A stretch of DNA of 40,124 bases. Origin: a virus (Duplodnaviria > Caudoviricetes). A program made the translations under genes and the position numbers. Positions 33,517 through 40,124 of the stretch are shown in pieces (the first letter of the stretch is position 1; each line of letters opens with the position of its first letter). The DNA lies in the IMG/VR virus record IMGVR_UViG_3300024262_000007, positions 1-40,124 of that record. One strand, given 5' to 3'. The notes below the pieces were generated by a model. That model saw nothing but the letters and a program-made list of their open reading frames with translations, was not told the DNA's origin and ran no database searches.

Positions 33517-33560
33517 AACCGCAGAAGTCGAATGCGGAATTCTCGCAAGAGGAGGGAAAC

Positions 33561-33992
33561 ATGATCAGGATTCAGGACTTTGGGGAAGTTGCCTATGGCG
33601 GTGCCGTGACTCTCAGCACATGGTGGGACAACCAGCGCATCGAAAAGGGCACAATCGGCACGAAGGACGTCTTCAAGAAGGCGTCATTCTACACCTATCT
33701 GGGTGTAGGCCTCGTCGCCACGCTCATGAGCGTATTCGGCTGGATGCGGCGCTATGAAGTCTGGACGGAGAAGATCTCCACCGGCTTCCTGTACGACCTG
33801 CCGAGATTCGCCTATGACATGAGCAAGACCCTGAGTTCCGCAGGCAGGGCCAGGACATCCGAATCGGCTGCCGTCAGGGAAGCCCAGAGGATACTCCAGC
33901 AACGGTCCACTGCGCGGCAGCTCACCGAAGGGCAAGCGCATGCCACTCAGCGGAGCTACCAGCCCGAGTTCAACAAAACTATGGCCTGGTAA
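33561..33992 (+). CDS. Membrane protein (putative virion membrane)
   Basis: GAGGAGG SD; hydrophobic FYTYLGVGLVATLMSVFGW. Confidence 0.65.
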   Translation: MIRIQDFGEVAYGGAVTLSTWWDNQRIEKGTIGTKDVFKKASFYTYLGVGLVATLMSVFGWMRRYEVWTEKISTGFLYDLPRFAYDMSKTLSSAGRARTSESAAVREAQRILQQRSTARQLTEGQAHATQRSYQPEFNKTMAW

Positions 33993-34046
33993 AACAGTAA
34001 AAGAAGCGTTCCAAATAAAATATAGCTCAGAAGGAGGTATACACTA

Positions 34047-34682
34047 ATGAGCAGCAGAACGTACATTATACCCGTAGGGTCCATGACCCTCACCGATCAG
34101 AAAGACTATCGGATCAATGCCATCGCCGCCGCCATCGAGCGGGCATCCCAGAAGAAAATCGGCTCTATTTCCGATGAGATTCCGGGATATTCGCAGTTGG
34201 CCAGCAGAAATCAGCGCATTGACCAGGTCACCAGCTGGCTGAAGCAGGGCAACACCCCCGCTTCAATCGATGTCCGCGAACCCCAGCCCGGTCTAGACTT
34301 CGCCTGCACCATCGATGACTGGCAGACCCCGGCCATGGCCGCGGTCAACACCTTCTACACCATCTTCAATGGTGTGGTTACCCCAACGCTTAATGCTGTG
34401 CGCATTGCCGTATGGTATGGCGTTGCGGTCGAGACTGCCGGATTCCCGGTGTCGCGGCTTACCTGGCGCAGCGGAGGCGCCGCCGGCAACATCATCGCCG
34501 AGTTCGACTTGGAGCAGCTCATCAACCGGCTGGAATCCATCGGGTTCTTCTCCGAGCCGGTCATATTCGACCCGACCCTGCCGTACTCCGGGACCGTGAG
34601 ATGTCGCACTGCCACCGCCCTTCTCGCTCGAGTGCAGCCGATGGGATTCATCATTGAGCCCGCCGGTACGACCAACGCATAA
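34047..34682 (+). CDS. Putative major capsid protein candidate (helical N-terminus plus beta-barrel)
   Basis: Strong SD, C/G-ending codon bias, multiple predicted strands; fold inferred only. Confidence 0.4.
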   Translation: MSSRTYIIPVGSMTLTDQKDYRINAIAAAIERASQKKIGSISDEIPGYSQLASRNQRIDQVTSWLKQGNTPASIDVREPQPGLDFACTIDDWQTPAMAAVNTFYTIFNGVVTPTLNAVRIAVWYGVAVETAGFPVSRLTWRSGGAAGNIIAEFDLEQLINRLESIGFFSEPVIFDPTLPYSGTVRCRTATALLARVQPMGFIIEPAGTTNA

Positions 34683-34748
34683 AATAACTGGCATGGTGAG
34701 CCAAGGAACAGAATCACCAATACTCATTATGGAGGATGGAGGTATAAA

Positions 34749-35216
34749 ATGAGTTTCAACGATAAAGTAGATCAAATGTTTCTGGCTGCGATTGAGTCGG
34801 GTAGTATTCGTTATCAGACATTGCCCGCCGCAATAGTTCCCATTGCCGACGATGCCGCTTGGGACGAGTTATTCGCAGCCGCTGGAGCGCCGGCGGTTCC
34901 CTTCTGGTTATGCGGCATCTCTTTCAACTGGGCTACTGGTATCGCCGCGGAAACCTCACTGTTGGTTGATGTCGGTTACGGTGGTGTTGATGGTGCGGCA
35001 ATTGCCGCGGCCACGGTCGTCCTCACCAACTGGCCGGTTACCCTGACGGCGGGAGCAGCTGCCTTGGGTCCCGATACTCACGCGCCACACATGCTGCCGT
35101 TCCCCGTTAAGATACCGGCTGCCAGTCGTATGGCGGCTCGTATCGCCAGTTCACCTACCGGCACCCTGGCCTTCACGGATTTCCGTGTAATTCTGGCCAC
35201 TCTTGTCGGTTCCTAA
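34749..35216 (+). CDS. Beta-rich putative structural protein
   Basis: 155 aa; PFPVKIPAASRMAARI jelly-roll-like ending. Confidence 0.45.
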   Translation: MSFNDKVDQMFLAAIESGSIRYQTLPAAIVPIADDAAWDELFAAAGAPAVPFWLCGISFNWATGIAAETSLLVDVGYGGVDGAAIAAATVVLTNWPVTLTAGAAALGPDTHAPHMLPFPVKIPAASRMAARIASSPTGTLAFTDFRVILATLVGS

Positions 35217-35339
35217 TTCTTAACCTGACCAAATGAGGGGGGAGGGATAGAGCCCTCCCCCCCACCCTAAAATTGAATATTACACGCTGGGCTTAAAAAG
35301 CCATGGCGTCTCTAGAAAAATCGATGTAAGGAGGCTGCT

Positions 35340-35993
35340 ATGGAAGTAGCAAATATCTATGACAATGGTCCCCTGTCCTTAGTCGCAAGGATTAAGGATA
35401 CCATCTCCGTCTACACGGCCAAGAAGTGGGCTCACTACCAGGTCGCCTATGCCGAGCCATGGCCCAGGTCCAGCCCTCTGAGGGTTGATCTGGTTGCTCT
35501 CGCCGGCGCAACGGCGATTGCCGCCAATGGCAACATCACCAAGCGGCTCATTCCCATTCTACAGGTCACCGATGGAGAAATGCTCTGTGTCCGGTTTGAA
35601 CCCCTGGACGATGTCGAAGGGGTGATCTGGGAGCAGTCCGGCACCGGCAGGTTCAACTCGCGTAACAATCATGCCCGGGTAGACATGGCCAGTGGTCTGC
35701 GCGATCCATACCTGGCGGGTACTACCTTTTTCATTATGGGTCACCAGCGGGAGATGAACCTGGAAGTGCAGAACCCCAACCCAATAGCCCTTCCCCAAGC
35801 CAGATTTCAGTTCTTCGGTTTCCGCTATGTGGTTGAAGAGATATCTCCCGACCTGAGTTCGGTTGTCACTCAGAATGGGCAGCCTGACAAGCAGAAACAG
35901 GAAGATATCATCAGGCAGCTGGCGGCCGGGGACAAATCCACCGTAGCGCAATTCATCGGTCCGACGACCTGGTTGCCGGCCGAGGGCAGATAA
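35340..35993 (+). CDS. Putative structural protein
   Basis: 217 aa, beta-rich, AAGGAGG SD. Confidence 0.45.
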   Translation: MEVANIYDNGPLSLVARIKDTISVYTAKKWAHYQVAYAEPWPRSSPLRVDLVALAGATAIAANGNITKRLIPILQVTDGEMLCVRFEPLDDVEGVIWEQSGTGRFNSRNNHARVDMASGLRDPYLAGTTFFIMGHQREMNLEVQNPNPIALPQARFQFFGFRYVVEEISPDLSSVVTQNGQPDKQKQEDIIRQLAAGDKSTVAQFIGPTTWLPAEGR

Positions 35994-36007
35994 AGGAGGT
36001 TATGTAG

Positions 36008-36451
36008 ATGAGTTATCTAATTACTCAAGGCAGATACACCGGCATGATTGCCAAAGCCAATAACCGGAGTGGCGCAGCCGGCGCGGCTATCGGGCCAGGA
36101 ATAGTTACCTCGAGCGCAGTGGGAGCAGACCTGATACATCAAATTCCTGTGGGGCGCTCCTTCTATGTCACCAAGCTCATGTGGTATCACGCTCTTGCCG
36201 GCACTGTTCTCCTGACATTTGGCACCCTTTCTAATGCCGGAGTACCGGCCATGGTGCAGATGTTCCCCGTGCAGGTGGCATTAGCCAATGTCGTTGGAGG
36301 AAGGATAGAGGAAGAGTTGGCAGGGGTTGAATTCATGCTGAACTCTGTACCCTTAGTCGGCTGGAACGGGAATCTCATTGTCACAGCTACCCTGGCAGGC
36401 GTCATAGTAGCTGGGGTCCAGATCTCCGCAGAATTAGCTGAGAAGTCATAG
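36008..36451 (+). CDS. Beta-rich putative structural protein
   Basis: 147 aa; HQIPVGRSFYVTKLMW. Confidence 0.45.
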   Translation: MSYLITQGRYTGMIAKANNRSGAAGAAIGPGIVTSSAVGADLIHQIPVGRSFYVTKLMWYHALAGTVLLTFGTLSNAGVPAMVQMFPVQVALANVVGGRIEEELAGVEFMLNSVPLVGWNGNLIVTATLAGVIVAGVQISAELAEKS

Positions 36452-36466
36452 TAGAGGGAGAGTTAA

Positions 36467-36568
36467 ATGTCTGTAAAGGTCATTGGGCCTAAAGATGTTA
36501 CAGCTCTAGTCCTGTTGGTAGCCACCATGTCTGCGATTGGTGGCTGACTTCTGGCTAAGAAAAAATAA
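36467..36568 (+). other. Small TM peptide ORF with internal TGA at 36545
   Basis: MSVKVIGPKDVTALVLLVATMSAIGG*LLAKKK*. Confidence 0.45.
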
Positions 36569-36580
36569 AAGGAGTAAGTC

Positions 36581-36733
36581 ATGGCTGATGATGTAGCCCA
36601 GAAAATAGAAGAAGCCAAGAAGAAGATGTTCGGTAATCTCCAGCCTTCGGGAGGGAAAATTGTGATTCTGAGCAAGGGAGATGCGGAGGTTAAGTCATCC
36701 GACCCGAGGGTTGAAGTAAGGAAGGTGACATGA
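36581..36733 (+). CDS. Small hypothetical protein (50 aa)
   Basis: AAGGAG SD; ATGA overlap with next gene. Confidence 0.6.
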   Translation: MADDVAQKIEEAKKKMFGNLQPSGGKIVILSKGDAEVKSSDPRVEVRKVT

Positions 36734-37284
36734 ATTTCCCGGATATAGTTAACTATCTCCTTACTCTTAGATACCCGGGTTCTGAGAGCGGCCGGCAGAA
36801 CTGGGTTTGCTATCGCGGCGGCCACCAGACGGTTGTACCTGTGTTTCCACCGAATACTACTGTTAAATATACGGTTCTGCCGTTGCATGGAGTCTACGCT
36901 TGGCTGGCATGGTCGTCCAGGTTCGGTGATGACATGGTACCGAATACGTTTACCGGCAGCATAAACTTTTACGGCACGGAGCCGCTGAGTGCCGTGCTCA
37001 CTTCGCGGGTGAGAAATGACCCGTTCGAGTATTTTACACTGATAACCGAGCAGGAGCCGATGAATATCACTATGAGCAATATCAGTCCGCTGGGTCAGCG
37101 GGCAGAGATACTTAGTGACTTTCTGGTGATCCCCACCCCGAACGATCTGGCAACCATAAGTGATGCCCTGCGCCGGCTGGAAACCTCCATAGAATCGGAG
37201 CATCTCCTGCAGCAGAGTGCTTACCTTCTCGGTGTATTGAGTGGGGAGCCGCAGGAGCCGCGGCCGCCGGTAGGAGGCAGTTAA
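36730..37284 (+). CDS. Putative structural protein
   Basis: 184 aa in operon. Confidence 0.5.
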   Translation: MNFPDIVNYLLTLRYPGSESGRQNWVCYRGGHQTVVPVFPPNTTVKYTVLPLHGVYAWLAWSSRFGDDMVPNTFTGSINFYGTEPLSAVLTSRVRNDPFEYFTLITEQEPMNITMSNISPLGQRAEILSDFLVIPTPNDLATISDALRRLETSIESEHLLQQSAYLLGVLSGEPQEPRPPVGGS

Positions 37285-37760
37285 TGAATGTAATACAAGG
37301 GCCGTGGGTTATTCTTCCGAGAGTGGTTATCCTTGGCACCGAGACAGAGACGGTTGCCGACCTGGTGGAGCATACCTCCATCGAATTTCCGGTGGAGTAC
37401 CTGCAGGAGAAAGAGATCCATATTCTTGCTACTGAGGTAGTCATGTTTGGCGTCCCCGGCAATCTCCAGTGCTGGGTTGAGCTTTCGCCGGTCCCAACGG
37501 CCAATAACCTTATGTGGCCGGCACCGTTGCCAGTTCTGGGGCAATATTGGGCGGCCATTGGTGGCGGAGGGGGCGCTATAGCGCCGACAGCTCCGCTGGT
37601 CGAGGTGGCCACCGGGGTAATGGGCACGACGCACAGTATTCTGATACCGTGGGCAATTCACTCAGCCTGGGCTCGTCTGGTGATACAGACACCAGTTTCA
37701 GCCACGCCGGCCACGGCTTTCTGGATCGTTCAGGCGATATTCAGTGGGGCCAGTAAGTGA
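37284..37760 (+). CDS. Beta-rich putative structural protein
   Basis: 158 aa; VELSP...WARLVIQT. Confidence 0.5.
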   Translation: MNVIQGPWVILPRVVILGTETETVADLVEHTSIEFPVEYLQEKEIHILATEVVMFGVPGNLQCWVELSPVPTANNLMWPAPLPVLGQYWAAIGGGGGAIAPTAPLVEVATGVMGTTHSILIPWAIHSAWARLVIQTPVSATPATAFWIVQAIFSGASK

Positions 37761-37769
37761 GGAATATAA

Positions 37770-38054
37770 ATGAAGAAGGCGGCAACTATAAGCGTTTTAG
37801 CCGGCATAGGAGTTTTAGCCGGTAGTGTTCTTCTGGCTACCCGGGCAAAAGCTGCTCCTGAAGAGCCAGAAACGCCCGGTCTAATCCCCTCTGTCGATGA
37901 CATTCTGGCATCCCAGGCCATGGGGGAGCTTGAGATATGGTATATGTATATCGGCCAGCTCTACTTCACCGGGCAGATCGATAGAGCAACCTACGAAACT
38001 CTCTACCAGGCTTATGTCGATAGGTTCTATCAGTTAACGGGGGCTAATCAATGA
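37770..38054 (+). CDS. Membrane-anchored small protein
   Basis: N-terminal TM then RAKAAP, like 2536-2754 (RKGQAAP). Confidence 0.65.
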   Translation: MKKAATISVLAGIGVLAGSVLLATRAKAAPEEPETPGLIPSVDDILASQAMGELEIWYMYIGQLYFTGQIDRATYETLYQAYVDRFYQLTGANQ

Positions 38055-39598
38055 AAGTATCCACAAGCGGACTAAGGCAGGATTCACCAGCCAGGCCACT
38101 GCTTCTTGGGCTTCTATCCTATCAAGGCGTGACTGACGCCGCCGGCGCTGCCTCTGGTCTTACTATCGTATGTGGCGACTTGGTCAACGAACCTTCCTAT
38201 GATGGGCAGCTTCTAAAGGTCAGGTCTGGCCCAGCAGCGGGACAGGTAAAGCCAATATATGTTCAGGCGGGTAACACCCTGACCTTTGCCACGCCATGGA
38301 CAAATGCGGCAGGAGCGGTAGTTCAGATAGTTGCCGGCACGCTGTTTGATATCCTGTCGATAAGCGGAGGTGGAGGCGGTCCCGGGCCGGCTCCCAGAGA
38401 AGGGCTGTCTTACTATGGGGTTGTTGACGCCGTTCCGGGAGCGAACCAGTTCACCATCGGCTCCCTTGCTGGTCTCGGCGCCGGTAAATTTGATGGAGCG
38501 ACCAACCCCTACTATGCCTTTGTCCTGCGGGACGCCGGGGGCGCCGGAGCTGCCCCCCAGGGAGAGCAATTACCCATAACGGCCTACGTCACCGCAACGG
38601 GCGCATTCACCACGGGAGCTTTCACTGCGGCAGTAGCTGTTGGTGATGAGATTCTTATTCTTCATCCCAATGTAGCTGCTGTGCTAGTTATCCTGGCTGG
38701 CCTTGCGGTTCCGGGAGTTGACTCAGTAATCAATTTACTGATGCGGGATGTCACGGGTAACAAGGCCGATACCGCTCTTTACGCTGCCACCGTTACTGAC
38801 TCCCTGATGCGGTACTTGAAGGCCGTGCTGCATACTGAAGTGCTGGCCATCGGTACGTTTACAACTTCCAGCGCAACAGTACCGGCCGATACCGGACGGA
38901 CTGAGGCCAACGACGCCTGGAAGGGCTGTCTCCTGATGCCGCTGGTGGCCGGCGCCGGGGCGACCGCTTTCCAACCGAAACGTATTGTCTCATTTGCTAA
39001 TGTCGGCGGTGTCTTCACCATCGACCCCGGCAACCCCTTCACCTCACCCACCGGGTTAGTGGCCTATGCGATATTGCCTGCCCAGGCGGACTTTGTTCCG
39101 GCTGCCGATAGTGCCCGGAATGTTTCAACACCGGAGGTGGTTGGAAATAAGGCGGACGCGGCGGTAACAGTAGTAGGAGTTGTCGCCAGCGCTATTGCCT
39201 ACACCAAAGGAATTCTCAATGTCATCGCCGCCATCAACAGTGGTTTTCAGGAACAGGCAGATGTAGCAGTCAATATCAATGCCATTCTTGCCGCCGAGAC
39301 AGATGTTTTAAATGTAGCCGTTGCCGGCACCAGATATATAGTGAGAAGCCTGCGGCTGAAGTGTGCCGACCCGGGAGCCAATACGGTTACTGTCAGGCTC
39401 TACGAGTTGGTTAATGATGGGGCTATTGCAGTACAGAGTTTTGATATTACCGCGGCCAATTTCGGAACCTATCTCTCTTTAATGGACATGTTCGGGCTTC
39501 CATACTTGGCGGGGGACAATCTAAGGGTTACGGTACAGGCTTCGGCTGCCGGACCATACGCCGTAAGTGGCCAGTACAGCCATGCTACCGCTACATAG
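38051..39598 (+). CDS. Ala/Gly/Thr-rich spike or fibre-like protein
   Basis: 515 aa; repeated beta modules and two GNKADxA segments; directly upstream of adhesin. Confidence 0.55.
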   Translation: MKVSTSGLRQDSPARPLLLGLLSYQGVTDAAGAASGLTIVCGDLVNEPSYDGQLLKVRSGPAAGQVKPIYVQAGNTLTFATPWTNAAGAVVQIVAGTLFDILSISGGGGGPGPAPREGLSYYGVVDAVPGANQFTIGSLAGLGAGKFDGATNPYYAFVLRDAGGAGAAPQGEQLPITAYVTATGAFTTGAFTAAVAVGDEILILHPNVAAVLVILAGLAVPGVDSVINLLMRDVTGNKADTALYAATVTDSLMRYLKAVLHTEVLAIGTFTTSSATVPADTGRTEANDAWKGCLLMPLVAGAGATAFQPKRIVSFANVGGVFTIDPGNPFTSPTGLVAYAILPAQADFVPAADSARNVSTPEVVGNKADAAVTVVGVVASAIAYTKGILNVIAAINSGFQEQADVAVNINAILAAETDVLNVAVAGTRYIVRSLRLKCADPGANTVTVRLYELVNDGAIAVQSFDITAANFGTYLSLMDMFGLPYLAGDNLRVTVQASAAGPYAVSGQYSHATAT

Positions 39599-39607
39599 GA
39601 GTAAATT

Positions 39608-40124
39608 ATGAGTCATTGGATTGACCGAATATTAGAAGCTATCTGGCAGGTGCCATCCGTCATCGGTGTCGAGTGGAACCAGCCCACCGATGATTGGTAC
39701 CGCATTGATGAATACGGTAACCATGTGAACCTGCAGGGCGGCTACTTCGACCGTCATCCTGTCTGGGGTGGCATGAGAAGGTGCACCCTGGCCGCCGCCG
39801 GCACGGTAAATCACTATGGGGCGAACCCTCGTGGCGATGGTCTTGACCTCACCGGCGTAGATGGCCGTGTCATGGTTGAGATACCCAAGTTCTACGTCAA
39901 AGGTGAGAGCCCATCGGCCAATGTTTACCGCTGGTGGATATCGCCGTCAGCCCGGCCCGGATATGTGGTGCATCCAGCCTTCGTCCAGAGAGGTGGCGTG
40001 GAGAAGGACCATATCTACGTTGGGGCATACGATGCTGACTTCGAGTATGACGGTGCAAACGCGGCTTATAACGCCGCCAATGAGAAGTTACACTCTCGCA
40101 CCGGTAAACAGCCCTACACAGGTA
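39608..40124 (+). CDS. N-terminal part of origin-spanning receptor-binding/DGR target protein (~492 aa, 39608 through origin to 1089)
   Basis: AGGAG then ATG at 39608; 130 codons in frame to 39998; VMVEIPKFYVK...HPAF...IYVGAY motifs. Confidence 0.85.
   Translation, partial: MSHWIDRILEAIWQVPSVIGVEWNQPTDDWYRIDEYGNHVNLQGGYFDRHPVWGGMRRCTLAAAGTVNHYGANPRGDGLDLTGVDGRVMVEIPKFYVKGESPSANVYRWWISPSARPGYVVHPAFVQRGGVEKDHIYVGAYDADFEYDGANAAYNAANEKLHSRTGKQPYTG
39998..40124 (+). repeat. Terminal direct repeat, copy 2 (assembly overlap)
   Basis: Identical to 1-127; 127 is a standard assembler k value. Confidence 0.95.

Larger units (their letters stand above)
1..40124. mobile_element. Complete circular virus-like genome (39,997 bp unique), probable Dehalococcoidia host
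   Basis: 127-bp terminal overlap with an ORF in frame across the junction; phage-type accessory genes, tyrosine recombinase, structural-like module; no chromosomal housekeeping context. Confidence 0.85.

Noticed and set aside
5031-36547. Genome-wide stop-codon reassignment
   Set aside because: The three suspicious in-frame stops are TAA, TAG and TGA, one each, and all three codons end many normal genes.
39998-40124. 127-bp terminal repeat as a biological DTR
   Set aside because: Length equals a standard assembler k-mer and it falls mid-gene; best read as a circularity overlap.

Overview
The window is one apparently complete circular element of 39,997 bp; bases 1-127 recur at 39998-40124, most likely an assembler k-mer overlap. 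It looks like a virus or virus-like element of a bacterium, probably Dehalococcoidia/Chloroflexota (inferred from recalled similarity of its DnaN and DUF5679 proteins, not searched). Layout: (i) two converging arrays of small accessory genes (+ strand 4.5-14.3 kb, - strand 22.7-14.35 kb) with two beta-clamp genes, a tRNA-Met(CAT), ASCH, DUF1353, a C5-methyltransferase-like gene, DUF5131, HNH proteins and an Xer/Cre-like tyrosine recombinase; (ii) a protease/J-domain/thioredoxin/polyvalent-protein block (22.8-32.1 kb); (iii) a putative virion module (32.1 kb across the origin to 4.2 kb) of membrane-anchored, Ig-like and beta-rich proteins, with no terminase, portal, HK97 capsid, tail or packaging ATPase that I can recognise. 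The strongest unexplained signal is 23 copies of an 18-bp palindrome, ACAGTA-N6-TACTGT, each with a different spacer. Most sit exactly between a stop codon and the next Shine-Dalgarno, and three of them precisely bound a tandem gene duplication. This suggests an undescribed recombinase-driven gene-cassette system, although an operator role is not excluded. Other highlights: a -1 frameshift signal (A7 plus a 14-bp hairpin) that would build a ~1117-aa membrane-anchored polyvalent protein; a disabled diversity-generating retroelement (target with VR, 23-bp TR stub, no RT, HNH gene in its place); and a two-state RNA leader before the putative capsid operon. All calls were made by eye, without database searches.
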